The notes beneath the pieces are model-generated. The model worked only from the letters and a program-made list of their open reading frames with translations, was not told the DNA's origin and made no database searches. From Psilocybe cubensis (taxonomy: Eukaryota), in the NCBI GenBank assembly GCA_017499595.2, contig CM039002.1, positions 2,542,001 to 2,606,000 of the forward strand: a DNA stretch of 64,000 nucleotides, written 5' to 3'. This document shows, piece by piece, positions 1 to 13,445 of this stretch. The position numbers and the translations under genes were made by a program. Positions within the stretch are counted from its first letter, which is position 1. Every line of letters begins with the position of its first letter.

Positions 1-33
1 TAAATCTGCTCTGACTCCGAACTCGAATCGACA

Positions 34-1391
34 CTATCTATCGTCCATTTGCGAGGGACCATTCTCTTCATCTGCCCTCGTGGAATTACTATCTGATGCG
101 TGCTGACCATGGAACCGAAGCGTTGATATACGAATCGATGCACCGGTGTCATAGTCAGGATCCGTAATCGCAATTCTCGCAACCAAAACAGTCGGCGCCA
201 TCCCCTAAATTCCAACAAACCAAAAAAAAAAAACATCATTCAGCAAAACACAATAACCACCCAATGGCACACACTCAAGTGACAACTGAGAATACTAAGG
301 AGGAGATGGAAGAGGAGGAGAGACAGAACGAGGACATACCCCAGTAACAGCAACAACCACCTCCAAATACATCGCCACATTCCGCATAGACGCACCCTCA
401 CCCGCGCGCGCCGACGCCGCATTGCCAATCGCATACACCAAAATCACAAGCGAGTACACCGCCGCAGACTCGACCAGTACCGCCGCGATATGCCTCAGCC
501 AGCCACCGCGCCTCGGGGCCATCGATTCCAACTTGACGCTTAGCCGCGCATGGGCGTGGTAGGCGCGGTGCAGCCTGTGTGCGATTAGAGACGTGGTGGT
601 CACTGTTGTCGCGAAGGATGCGAAGTAGAGTGCGCCGCGGAGTTTGTTGGTGAGGGTGATGTTGGCGATGGTTCGGTTTGGTCCGGTTATTCCTGTTATG
701 AGTACCCCGGCGATGAAGAGGCCTAGCAATGAAGGAGTTAAAGTTTTGAAGATGCTTCTAACTGCGACTCATAGAACTTACCAAGTTCGACGAAGAAAAA
801 TGCCAACAAGACCAGCAATACCATTGTTGATGGCTTGTAAACTTGATAACACCTCCAAACCTACAACGAGTCAACAAATGAATGCCCTTTCATAGTCAAC
901 TATAGTTCTCACCAGCAGCCCATCAGCCATAACAAACAGACCATAAAACAGCATATTGAGCAACACATAAGACCACATTGGCCCGCTTCCTATCACAGAC
1001 AAATAGGCGCTTTCCCGCGTTTCGCCTTGAGTCACAATTGAATGATGCAGAGAGGACCATTGGAGTACGGATATGCCCAGACACGATAGGTATAGACCTG
1101 AGATGACGAAGATGACCAGACGGCGGCTTTTACTACGGGCGCTTTTGGATACTTTATGGACTAGTTAACGCGCTAAATCAAGTATATGTTGAGGGCGCAA
1201 GAACCTACAGCATAGGTACATCGTTCCAGCGTACACCACAGTGTAGATACCTAATAACGGTCAACTATTCCTAAGAATCAAGACCAATGTATAACCAAAG
1301 TCTTACCCATCAGAAGCTGGAGCATCAAGCACGAGTTCAGTGCAGCACTAATCGCAGCAGACTCCCGCGAAGCACTGATACCAGACTGCAT
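34..1391 (-). CDS. Multi-exon multi-pass membrane protein of an agaricomycete-expanded uncharacterised family
   Basis: Exon 1 MQSGISASRESAAISAALNSCLMLQLLMG is followed by a GTAAG donor. Internal hydrophobic exons include FATTVTTTSLIAHRL...VLVESAAVYSLVILVYAI. The last exon reads GMAPTVLVARIA...DDR* (TAG at 34-36). Confidence 0.75.
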
Positions 1392-3479
1392 GGCTATTGC
1401 GGAATCCTAAAATTTGTCAGAGAACGAGGCGGGTGAATTAGTATTCCATTGCGCCCCTTTCCTAGAACACTGAAGTTTATACGGTGCCATGGATGACAGC
1501 ATGGAGTGCGTTGCTTCGATACCGCTGACCATGAATGCTGCGTCAGTGCCATACCAGCAATAGCACAATCCTGGCAAGTGAACAGTTGTTTCAAAGTAAT
1601 TGGCCATGATAATTAACATTATCCTTGTATCGGAGTGGACTGGCCGCACATCTCAGCATCGGTACATCAAAAATTGCACAGCATCATTGAGTTGTTAACT
1701 CTTGTTAACCGTAAACAAGCAGCCCTGATAATGTTTAGTATCATCATCAATGCAGTTGAATGGAATGATTGGCGCGCGTGGAAAATCTTCAGCCGAAGTG
1801 TTGCATGTCAATGGAGAAGTGACACATTGGGATCGTAGTTTGACGGTTAGACGCTGCGGGGTAGTAAAACATCACCGACATCCCTGTTCCCCTCCACTAT
1901 TGAAGTTTCAGGATCCAAACATTGGCTTCAGGGTAGCACTACTCCCTGAATGGCATACATTGAGCCCATTGGATGTTACGTTCATTTTTCTCTCCGCTTC
2001 TGTAAAGTAAAATTCAGTTCATTGAGGGCCAATCCGTCCTTGTGGGCGTCAGAACCGGGGCACTGATAAAGGTCAAGTATCTCGTGTAATCGTTCCCCTG
2101 TCGTCGAACTGCGTTACCCCTATCAAGATATCGAAGTAGATATTGGCGAGGTACAGTGGGCCCAGCGTGCTAAAGCATCTACCCCCGCGCCCGATGTCGA
2201 GGCGTGGTGCACGGCGCATATATGCGTTTAGTCAAGATAGATGTTTTCATACGCTGTTGAACTGGGCCTATCCAGGCGTTGATGAAGTGGGCCCGAGTCC
2301 TCTAGAGATGAAAGAGTTGATAGAGAATTGAGGAAAAAATACGCCGTTACGGTTCTCTGTAACGCCCAATATTCACCTGCGCAATGTCAATAATCAAACG
2401 TAGCTGGAAAATGAAGCACTGGAGAAGTCATGCTCCAAATTGTCAAGGTCATCGAACCCAGGTCAAAGGAGGAGCAAAACGGCTGTGAACCTAGGGAGTT
2501 CCGATATGCGGAATGATTACAAGTCTGACAAGTCAAATATATGCGCAAAATCCGGCGTCGAAAATGACGAGCACCAAGAAGCAGATGATCGATGTACAAC
2601 CAATGCCTCCGAGTACGGCGGTAGGGGTGCATATACACGCGTTCAAGGTCCTCTAGACATACATTAAGTGCAAATAACTTTCTTAGGGAAAGGCCGAGAA
2701 GCAGTACATTCGGTACTCCGTGGTCTGCTAGGAGACCAAACAACATGCGGAGTCCTGTTGTATCTTCGTATTGTCCCCTTGCAAATTATTCGCCATGCAG
2801 TGAGGTTGAAGAAAGCGAAATATGCGGGTATCAACAGCAATGAAGACGGTGAGATCATCCTCTGCATACAACGTGGGTTTTCGATATGATTATCGATCGA
2901 TAAAGAATGACAGCATTGCAAGCTTGTGTCCTGTCGACCCCTCAGCAATGACGACAACACGCAGCCTCGCAGGCATAGCAGTTCCAAGAAAGTCGTGCGT
3001 AGGACGATTGGTTCCAGATTCCACCTGACATTCGAGCCCGCTGTTGAATGATCCCCCAGAGTTTCACAAGCCCGACATCTGTCCCCAAAAACGCGGGTTG
3101 GGGCCCTGGGGCAAAACAGGCTATTATAACAGGAGAAATTTGCAAAGCAGAGCAGCGAGCGAGCACGGAGGCCGTCTCCGGGGCGTTCAAGAGCGATCAA
3201 TGGAGGTGGAGATGCTCCGAGGGCGACAGGCAGATGGAGGGAGCTGGACAAAATTGAAGAAGCAACAGTCGTGCGAGCAAATGGCAACTGGCGTTACTGC
3301 CGTGCGGCGTGATGTGACACGTGCCCTGGGGTAAGCATGTGATAACCGAAACCCCAAAGTGCAGCCTCGGACGCAAAAGTCTTTACTGTACACTTCTTTT
3401 TGCTTTCATATTGCATTGACCCTCCTCATACCCACCGACGCACCTTGAACCCTTTGCATACATCCAGCTAGCCACATAA

Positions 3480-4338
3480 ATGTCGGTGTCGACCTCGACG
3501 TCAGTCTCATCATCCCAGTCCCAGTTCGCCTCGGGATCAAAGTCAAGTCACGCAGCTGCTGCCGCACCAAAGCCTGGCGTAGCGACGGCGACGAAGAGGA
3601 AAGTGAGACACGTACCCTGGACAGAGCATACTCTGCGACAGCTCAAGCTCGTGCTCCCCGGCGCCGCTATCACATACTATCTTGGCACCTTGAACGACTT
3701 TTGGGGTATTATTGAGGGAAATGGCGGCTTTTGGGCTCGGTGAGATCATCGTTGCTTTGGTTCAAAAATATTGTCTGACGGCAGACTCGTTATTTCTTAA
3801 TGCACCATTTATCTTGTCATCTCTGTATGGCTCTATGGTACATTTGGGCCGTATAGACTTGCTGGATTTGGAGCTTCGGGTCTAGGGTTCCTAACGGTTA
3901 CTCTGTTCCTCTATGTACTCCTAACCCCATGGTTAACTGGTGAAGAGCCTGATGTACGTCTTTGTTCCTGCATTCCTTCTAGATATCTGATGGATCTTTA
4001 TCTTACAGTATCAAACCTGGAGAGAATCAGGAATTCTTTCTTCAGTTATTCCCGTGAGTTGTATTTCCCTGATCGATTTTTGTCGTTGCTGAAGAAATTG
4101 GTCTACAAGGTTTTAACTGGTTCAATCGTTGTTGGTTGGCTACTTGCTGTAAGCACACTTGGCCAATGGTCTCCAATGGGATACGTGAAAGGAACCATAG
4201 GAGGTTAGTTGGTTCTCCATCATTCCGCCTGTCTCAATACTCACGCGGTGCGGCGTAGTGTCTGCCTTTTACGCTCTCACATTCGGACTGCTCGGCCTGA
4301 TTCCCGTGCCAAAGGCTTCACGGAAACGACACGACTGA
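3480..4338 (+). CDS. Small multi-exon membrane protein (about 4 TM helices), function unknown
   Basis: ORF 3480 splices via GT-AG introns to GASGLGFLTVTLFLYVLLTPW, YQTWRESGILSSVIP, VLTGSIVVGWLLAVSTLGQW and VSAFYALTFGLLGLIPVPKASRKRHD* (TGA ends at 4338). Confidence 0.75.
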
Positions 4339-4727
4339 ATGACTTACGATTTTGTCTCCCGGCACCCATTTCATGACCATTTTTTTCTTAAACATTGCCG
4401 TATTTCTTGTTCTTCTGTGAAATTCTCCAACAATCTTGGTCGGAAAATATTGATACCGGAGCTCAAAATGTTTCGATGTAGTTCCAAGTGCTGTATAATA
4501 AGTATATGATATGTAGTCTAATATAAACCAGGATCTCGTTCATACACCTTCGGAGCGAATGACAACAATTAGGAGCTCCCAATAAATGAGAGCACGTGAC
4601 CGCAAGTAAAGCGCCTTGCCGATTCGGTCATTCGGACAAGTCAAGGGCAGGGTTAATACGCAGTCATGTCCTTTAGACTCATCCAACTATCCACATCTCT
4701 TCATATCTACAACTCCCTGCGCTATCG

Positions 4728-6116
4728 ATGTACGCCGGATACAGCGCGAGCCAGCCTTTGACTAACAACCCCTTTATCGCTGATGGCGGATCCAATCCCA
4801 GTGCGCGATTCCCAGACCTCTCGAGCCCTCCTGTCACAAATCAGCAGCAGCAGCAGCAGTACGGCGGCTGGGGCTCTGCAGCGATGAGCCCCGTCAGCCC
4901 GCAGCAACAGCAACAGGGGATGTACCAGCAGTACTCACAACAGCAGCAGCAGCCCCAAATGACCATGGGATATGCACCGCAGCAGCAGATGGGCGGTGGC
5001 ATCTCGATGGGAGGCGGCGGCGCCGGATATCTCTCTCCGGGTGTACAGCTCTACCCATCACATACAGGCAGTGGCGGCGGCGGCGCGCCCTTCCAGCCGT
5101 CAAGTAGCTTTGGCCAGCAGCTCGCGGCGCATGTCAGCGGGAGCAGCTACAGCTATCTCCAAGGCCAGCAGCAGCAGCAGCAGGGCAACCCGAACGCCTA
5201 CAACCCCGCCCAGCAGCAGCTACAGAACAACCCGGGATACGTGGCGCAGCTCGATCCGTACTCATCCATCGGGCAGCTATGGGGCGATTCTAATCAATCG
5301 CAGCCGCAGCAACAGGGGCAAGCGCAAGCGCAGATGGGCGGTGGGGTCGGGCTGGGTCAGAGCTACAGCAGTAGCGCCGGTGGTGTAGCGCCCCTTCCAA
5401 CGGGCGGGTACGGCGTCTCTGCGTCCGGTGAGCCGCACCCGCGCGATTATATCCGCGCGCACAAGGCGGAGATCGAGGCCTGGGACAATTTCGCGTGGAA
5501 GCAGCTCCTCGGCGCGTTCGAGACGCTCATGAAGGCTTGGGAGACGCGCAAGGGCGAGCTGGCCGCGCGCGTCGGCGAGATGAGCGCGCAGATGAATGTT
5601 GGGATGGCGTATGGCCCGTATTATGTCGCGCAGATTCAGCAGGAGGGCGCGAGGCTGCAAGGGGTGAGTAAAGGTTTTTCGTTTTTGATTTCTTTGGGTT
5701 TCCTGGTTTTATATTATTTCCCTGTGATCCCTATTTCGTGGGAGGGTTTATGTCTATCAAGTCAAACTAACTATTTGCTCTGATGATTTCTTCTTATCTT
5801 CACATCCATCACCCACTTCATCTGTATTCCTCTCGCGATAACAAATTCATTTTCTAACACGTCTATTTTTATCCCACCAGCTTCAAAAGGAAGCAGAAAA
5901 CAACTTTGGTATGTCCAATCCATAATTCTCCTCTTTCCGTGTCTCTCATACGCCTATCGTTATTGCTATTCAGATTCTGTAGCCGCGTCCTTATTCCAGC
6001 TCCGAGAAGTCTTCGCTGGATATCGACAGTCAGGCGATCTGGCGAGTAAGCGCCGGGTCAGAGAGGCCATGAACGCTGCCCTGCAGGGTCTGCCTACTTT
6101 CCCTCAACCATATTGA
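4728..6116 (+). CDS. Gln/Gly/Tyr-rich protein with an N-terminal NPF motif and a C-terminal helical domain (possibly endocytosis-related)
   Basis: Long first exon (NNPF motif, polyQ tracts, FQPSSSFGQQL) with a GTGAGT donor near 5664. A short exon LQKEAENNF starts at 5881 and the last exon reads SVAASLFQLREVF...PQPY*. Confidence 0.75.
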
Positions 6117-6985
6117 AGTTTAACGTTTAATGTGTACTTGTCAAGCTGTACATTTTTTATGTTTTGTGTATTATCCCGCTTTTGTTAGATTGTCACCGGC
6201 CACCGCTGTGCTGCTGCTGTGGCGCTTGTTTATGGCAAACTTATCGTCGCTGCCTCCCTGCTCTTCTTTTTCATTACCATTCCGGGTCATTGTAGTAGTA
6301 AATCTCTATCTGAGGTTCATTTTTTTGGAATCACAAGGCTTATTTGTTTGTAACCTTACATACTACGTAGATCATATGAATAAACTGTTGCACGAAGTTT
6401 CTGTTGCTCTTCAGAATTGCGATGGTTCGCAACAGTTCGCGATGAATCCAAATAATTGGCAATTGCTTATCTGCACAGGCTTTTTTCATCCTGTTTTATC
6501 TTTTTCATTGCTGTTGCAGGAGCTACAGGTCGCTTCAGGCTGCTTCCTGCTGCTTCTGGTCGCTTGTTGATGATCAACTTTGAAATTCACCAAAGCGCAA
6601 TACCTGCCGATCAAGCCTCAAGGCCTCAAGCGCCAATCATTGTGATATTCCTGTCGCCTAGGAAAGGTACCCCGTGCGCCACCACCCCATTGTATACCTA
6701 CCCCATCTTGCCCGAATTCAATGATGCATTATATTACTTATCTGATACAAGCAATCTCGTAGAAATCATATAAAAAGGAGGAGAATCAGGCTTGGGATCC
6801 CCCAGAAACGCCTGGTGCATTTCCTCAACTCCCCAACCACTCCAAGTCTCAAAACACAACTTTGGGCTGCGCCCTCTAGCTATATCAATACACCACTACA
6901 TAACCCTTATTTACGTTATGTATGTTGTCCTGTACTACCTCTATGCCGTGCTAATCCTGCCTGCATTTTCTTCAGAACACTCAAA

Positions 6986-7440
6986 ATGCGTTTCTCTCTT
7001 AACGTCCTTGCCCTTTCCGCTCTCCTCTTCAGCTCCTCTGTGCTAGCTTACGAGGTAGGATCCTTTTCTATCTTATTCTAGTTTCGAAATCTAAATTTTG
7101 ACTGAATAGCATAACATTGACGCCATCGTCGCGCGCCACGAACTCGACAATGAGCTCGAAGCGCGTGGGATGCGCACAGAGTTCGAGACGCGTGCGCTGC
7201 TCGTCGCGCGCGCGCCACCCAACGGAGAGTAAGTCTCCACAGTCCCATCTTACACTTAATATTTTTAAATGTTTTTTTAAAAAATCTTTCAGCTGCTCCA
7301 CGGGTCTCCCACAGCCCAACGTCAGCGGCCCGCAATGCGCACAGATGCACGGCTATGGATGGAAGTTCAACGGGAGGTGTTATGGACCCAGGCAAATGAT
7401 CCTGCAGGGGAACACAGTGAAAGGGTTTTGCTACTTCTAA
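6986..7440 (+). CDS. Small secreted cysteine-containing prepropeptide (3 exons)
   Basis: Exons 6986-7054, 7110-7228 and 7293-7440 join in frame. They give signal peptide MRFSLNVLALSALLFSSSVLA, a propeptide with VAR/LEAR/FETR/VAR motifs, then APPNGDCSTGLPQPNVSGPQCAQMHGYGWKFNGRCYGPRQMILQGNTVKGFCYF*. Confidence 0.8.
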
Positions 7441-7955
7441 GATCTAAATGTTGAAAGTGTAGTGTTTAATTGGAGGTCCAATGAAACAAATTGGGATTGG
7501 GACAACTGTGATTTTCTTGAGATCGGAGAAATTTGGTGCTAGGGTAGTGTATTGAATTTCCATGATTGCAAGGTATCAAAGAGTGGGTAAGTACACTGGC
7601 AGTCTATGTTACAGTCCATCCCAACATCGGTTTATACTATCTATTAAGGGGAATCTATGCTGTCCACTAATTACCCCTGCCCTCCTCCACAGGTATCCAT
7701 TGTAGCTCCAAATGAGCTCCTAGATGACATTCAGTATCTTCACCCTGCAATTTCACTACATTCTGGCGCCTCGGCAAAAACGCCGTTCGAGGCAGTATAA
7801 GGCCCTAGGTAGTGAGTGATAAGGAAGATCGCCGCAAGGAATAATTATCGGAGGATTCGACGAGGGAGACTGTTACAGTGCTATAGGTTTTTGGACCCCA
7901 AGCTAAGCCGAGGATCGAGGATGAGGAAGATCTCTATGGATCCCTGGATCCTGAT

Positions 7956-10219
7956 CTATGAACAGATGTTGGGGTACATTCGATCCGTGGGATCCTGGGG
8001 GATCCATCCGCCTTGCAATCCGCGTTGGTAACTCCACTCATCGGCATTCTCAGCCTAATAGAAGAAAATAGAAAATGTGGGTCAGCGATATGGCACATAT
8101 AGATATGCGATATGTGTGCAAAGCATGGGAACGAAGAAGAAGAAGAAGCCATCGACAACACATGTATGATAACGGAGTGTGTTAAAATTAAGTAAACGCA
8201 GCGGAGATTCCAGAACTTCCAATGTCCCGATAGAAACCCATTTAAGAGCTATCAATGTTATTGGGCACATCATACTCGCTCGCGGGAATGTTCAATGTCA
8301 GGGAAATTTTCTGAGATCCCATTTGACGCATCCGAATTGAAAGCTTCATCCGAATAAAGCAAAGAAAAAAAGAAACAGACGACAAACTACAGCGTAAACT
8401 CACCTTCCACGTCCAAAATATCCAACCCTGGACCGCTTCTCCAAGTTCGACTTGCACTTCCCAATACCTGAGGTAAGACAAATACACGATCAAAACGCAC
8501 AGTCAAATCAGAAAAAAAAATGATGACCGACTTTCTCAGAAAAGTAATGTAATCTTGACTCCATGATGTGTAATTTCCCGTGAAGGGTGCGCAACTTCCA
8601 TGGACTTGCGATGTGGGCCCGGGGAACCACGTCCCGTCCCAGCGTGCACCAACGTTGCGGCCATTAAGCCATTTTGCACAGTCGGTGATTGCGTTGGACC
8701 ACTCCCCGGAGACGGTCCATAAGTTGGATGAGGCGTAAGATGTTAGCGTTGGCAATGTGTTAGTGCAAACAAACTACGTTGTAAATTGGATGTTAGATAC
8801 ATTAAGAAACCACGACATAGAAAATCGGAGACGCACATCGATATGTTCATCAAATGTCCTGTTTAGTTCTTTATCGCTGAATACTTGATATTCGTGCTAG
8901 AATAACGTTCTAATTTAACCATATCATGATATGTAGTACGAAAGAGCTCACATAGTCCATTAGAACTCCGTGTCCTTGTGGTGGGGTCAAAAAATTCGTC
9001 CAGCTCTGATTTTGTCCTGTTAGCTGTATCCATTATGAACCACCGAGTGAGCAAAATTGCGCACCTGGACTCCCAAGAAAGCATCGCCAATCATAATACC
9101 CATCCCATCACCAGCCACATCCCTCACCGCGTCATACGCAGTAGTCCAAAAATTCTTCACCACAGATGCCCAAGCACTACTTGTAAAGCCCGCCGCCTCA
9201 TTTAGCAGCTCCAACACGCTGATTTGATTTCCCACCTCCTTAGCGAGAAACACCAGAGTGTCCACTGTCCGTGTGACGTTATCAGGGTTGGTGGCCCACA
9301 CAGGGTTGTTTGTCCTCTGCCCTGAGTTGTCAAATCCGTTTTGCGACCCTGGTGCTCCGTGCAGATCAGCAATCACATTTAGGTTATATTTCTCCGCCCA
9401 CGAGAGTGCTTTTAGAAAGTAGGGCCAAGCCCCTGTGACATAAGGTGCTGTAGAGGTAGATGTGGATGTGTCGGATGAAGTCAGGGGGATGGACCAATAC
9501 CCAATCGGTATTCTGGTAAATTTTAATGAGATTTCACACCAAGAAAGAGCTCTACCCCGTACATACCGAACGTGATTAAGCCCCGCCGCTGAAATTTGAG
9601 CGAAGTCGTCTTCCGTTATCCACTGTTCCGGAGTTAGTTCGGTGACAATCAACACAAAAAGTGCATCCTTGCCGTTTCCCAATGATTTTGAAGAATGTTC
9701 TGAGCGGTTTTTGAATCGAGAAGTTGCCCTAGAGTGAATTCGTCGATGATATTATCGTTTCCTGTACTTTCGAAGACACTCGGTGTTATCCAGGGCTGGT
9801 GAAAAAGTGACGTCAGTGACATGTTGAACGACCGCATCAATGGATTCACCTCCAATACCAACCACCCTCCGCTGACAGATTTATCAGTACACACAGTGTA
9901 TTCGTAAAGAGAAAACATACATATTGACACCCCGGATTGTGTCTGTACCATAATTGAATGGTGTCGGTGTCGGAGACGACGATGTGCCTGATGCCGTCTG
10001 GGTCGTACGTGCAGATGTTCGCGTCGTTGGTGCAGAAGTATTCGCGACTCCGCCAATACCTGTGTTCGAAGGTGGCTGAAGAACTGCTTGGTTCCGATGC
10101 TGCAGACGGCATTTCTGCTGCCTTGCCTCAACCACAGAGCCAGAGAGGAGCAAAATAGCCTCGAAACAAAGGCACATCAACCCTAACGGAAGAACATTTC
10201 TTGGTCTGATTTTGCGCAT
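7956..10219 (-). CDS. Glycoside hydrolase family 5 exo-beta-1,3-glucanase (Exg1-like) with an N-terminal hydrophobic segment and S/T-rich linker
   Basis: Motifs [45 protein letters not shown] (acid/base), GEWS (nucleophile) and GWIFWTWK. Final exon [22 protein letters not shown]...CS* (TAG at 7956-7958). Confidence 0.93.
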
Positions 10220-11046
10220 CTGCTATCAAGGTGCCAATGCCGTTGTATAAGACGGGAGTACGTGGGGGTAGGTGAGGGTCAGGACCAAGGGTTGGCTCAC
10301 TCAGCAACGTGCCCTGTGTAATAGTGTGTTGTATGAAACGGTAAATGAAAGTCAAGAGTGAAAGACGCGGCGACTGGAGTAGAGAAGCCATGTCGGCTGA
10401 TGGAGATATGGTGCCGTTCGCCCATGAGGCCAAAGCAAATTTAGCTAATACTTTGTTCAGATTTCACCAAACTAGTAATCAGTTGCCGCATTCTAATAGT
10501 AATTTTTAATATTGTTCCTTGAACAGAGAAAGAGCAATGGAAGAAACTTACTATTATTATCTTTTAAAGACCAGGAAGGATTGCGCTTGCGACTTGCTTG
10601 CAATCATGACAAAAGAATGTCATGGCTCTCATGCCGGTATTTTGTGGCCGAAGTTGGAGTGTGCTTCCCACGACCCATTACGTCATCACCGGTGTACGCT
10701 TTCGGCCGGGAGACTCCGACAGTTGAAACGGAGTCCGAAGTGACTTCGCCGGCTCATTCGACTCTTCAGCTTCAAGCTTCAAGCTCTATACAGCTCTGTA
10801 GTTGAAAAGTTTGTAAAGTCCCATATGATAGGACCTAGGCTGCTTCTGTCTCAGAGTAGCATACTGTTCTTGTCACCTCAGAAGATACTGGCATTAACCT
10901 TATCATGCTTAAAAAAACGACCGTAGGTGATGCCACTACTACAAAGCCTGTTCTAGTTTTTGGGATCGAATCAAATATGAGTAAGCCGGTAATGCGATGT
11001 GGAAAAATGTACGAGGAATAAAGTAAAGCTCGATATACATGAAGGG

Positions 11047-12651
11047 TTATAGCTTTGAATTGGCTACGGTAGGCGCATCCGAAACTTTGACCACTCTGAT
11101 GGCAAAGTTAATCAACGCAAAGAAGTTGCATATCACAAGAAAAGACTCACAGTTTGCCTGTATTCCCTCCGCTGAAAAGCATTGGCAGCGCTACAGGCGC
11201 CTGTTCGATACCACCTTCGACGATGTGGAATTTACGCTTAATGGCACCGCTGGCAAGATCCTTGCCAAGCTCTTCTATTGCTGTCGGATATTCAGAGGCA
11301 TAATCCATACTAAAAACATTGATTCAGTTTGTTGGATATACAATGGTATTTTATACTACGTACACAATGAAGCCTTGAATTTTGGCACGTTGGGAAATGA
11401 GGTTAAGATAGCTTTGCAGACCCTTTGGCTTGGGGGCATCTATAATAATATAAATCAGCAAATGCAGACATTTTGGTTCCAACGAAAACTTGCTGTAAGC
11501 AGATATAGCACCTGATATAACATTATTTCAGACAATTTGGTGGATCTTTAGAGATAAACATACCACAGAGGACGATTCGTGCGTCCTTATTCAGTCGAGT
11601 AAGGAGGAAATCCAGAATCTCACCTGGAAGTAAACTCGATCATTAGCGTATACATTACCTTTTCAGAAAAATCTCACATACCACCAACGTTATCGAAATA
11701 GACATCCAGATACCCAACATCTTTCTTCAGGTCATTGTAGAAGGTGGGGCTCTTGTAGTTGAACGCTTTGATGACCCCCAGCTCATTCTCCAGCCAACGG
11801 CATTTATCATCGCTACCTGCAATAGCGTATACCTTGGCCCCGGCAGCCTTCCCAAGCTGACATGCAATAGAACCAACAGAGCCTGCTGCTCCCGACACCA
11901 CAAGCTTCTCTCCCGCCTTCAGCTCACCAATCTTTTTGAGACCCTGAATTATGACGTATGAGTGTATGAACAGCAGGGTTGTCTTATTTACGTACAAAGT
12001 AAGCGGTCAGACCTATAAAACAAATTAGTTACAGGTTCGCAGTGACATGAACATGTATATGTACGTACCAGAACTTCCTAGAATGCCCAAGTAGTCGAGG
12101 GGCTCAACACCACGAGGGATACTTTGGACGACCCCGACAGGTCAGTCAAGTTCCAGAAAAGAAGTTTAATAGACTCACACAAGCTTGTCGACGAACTTGT
12201 CTTTTATAACAGCGAATTCGGTCATGCCTAGATGGAGAGTATCGTTGCGTTAGGACACACAGCACTGTAGTGTAATGGCAATGATTGCGCACCCCATGGC
12301 CCGCTCACATTATCTCCCACCTTGAAGCGGCTTCCTGGCCCAACTTCAATAACCACTCCGAGACCCATGGCACGCATAACCTATTCTCATGTTTCGAGTC
12401 AACCCAGATTAGCGTCTTTGGCTTTGACGTACCTCCCCAATCTGTACAGGCGGAAGGTAGCTTCTCACATCACGGATATAGCCCCTCATCGCGGGATCCA
12501 AGCTTAGCCATGTGCACTGGACGAGGACCTCGTTGTTTCCCAACTTCAAAGAAGAGAAAGGGACGATTTCTGTGCGAAATGTATCTGGCTCGATATCGCC
12601 TTCCGGCCGTGAGTTGAGTACAATGCGTTTGAACTGGGATGGCCGGGGCAT
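11047..12651 (-). CDS. NADP-dependent oxidoreductase (MDR superfamily, prostaglandin/alkenal reductase-like) with C-terminal SKL
   Basis: Motifs LSLDPAMRG, VVSGAAGSVGSIACQL, AGSDDKC and YFDNVGG. Last exon VVKVSDAPTVANSKL* (TAA at 11047-11049). Confidence 0.9.
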
Positions 12652-12876
12652 TTTGGCGTTATCAATGTAACAGTGGTAATGGAGAGAAATGGGGGTTGGG
12701 GGTTCAGTAGCGAGTTAAAGCTAAACAGGAGTACTGGCAACAGCTTTATAATGGTACAAGTTCAGGTTCTTTCGTCAGGTACAAAATGTTTACCGGTAAC
12801 TTCATTCCCGGATATCCTTGTCGGCTTCGTCATGTCCATAAGAACGCCCGGCTTCGTGTACCGCCGTGATTCAGGT

Positions 12877-13211
12877 ACTATGTAGCTTTAGCTGGTGAAG
12901 AGAGATTAAGAGTGTGATTCTCTCGCATTAGGTGAGAATAAGCAAAGGAGTGTATGTAAAGAATGTATGTAGCTAGCAACCTGATGTCAATGATATCAGG
13001 GTTTGGGTGGGGAGCACCACCAAATCTGTGAGAGTCTGAGGTCCACGGTGGTCAGCGGCTAGACAGGGAAAAACAGAACAAATGGGAGACCAACGTGGAA
13101 ATGCCGTGCGTAACGCTAAGACTCGCTGATTTTGGATGGTGCAACCAACTCGAAATGCGAGGGAATACTCCGTGAGGCTGTGGAAGAGTCCAAAGTGAGC
13201 AAGGACCCCCA
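12877..13211 (-). repeat. Ngaro repeat B2 (3' terminal)
   Basis: Matches 13446-13780 (offset 569). Confidence 0.95.
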
Positions 13212-13284
13212 GACTGCGGTAGGAGTAAGACCCAAGACACGTCGAGTGACTCAGATACTGGGTACAGAGGGATGGCGGGTGGGG

Positions 13285-13445
13285 GAAAGGAAATTTTCTT
13301 GGACGATCTAAGGGTGGATGCGTCCAAAAATTGTTGCTTCGTCTGTGTGGTGAGAGGGAAAGCGGTGTCGCTCTCACCCGCTGACTCAGCACATAGTAGC
13401 CGTTCAGCGATCGTAGCATTTCATTACACTTCACACTGAACATAA
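13285..13445 (-). repeat. Ngaro repeat A2
   Basis: Matches 18856-19016 (offset 5571) and directly abuts B1. Confidence 0.95.

Noticed and set aside
34-1391. Multi-TM gene considered as a receptor for the pheromone
   Set aside because: It lacks recognisable STE3 motifs and lies about 54 kb away.
2143-3393. Cluster of overlapping 60-200 aa ORFs on both strands
   Set aside because: No recognisable motifs or consistent exon structure could be built.
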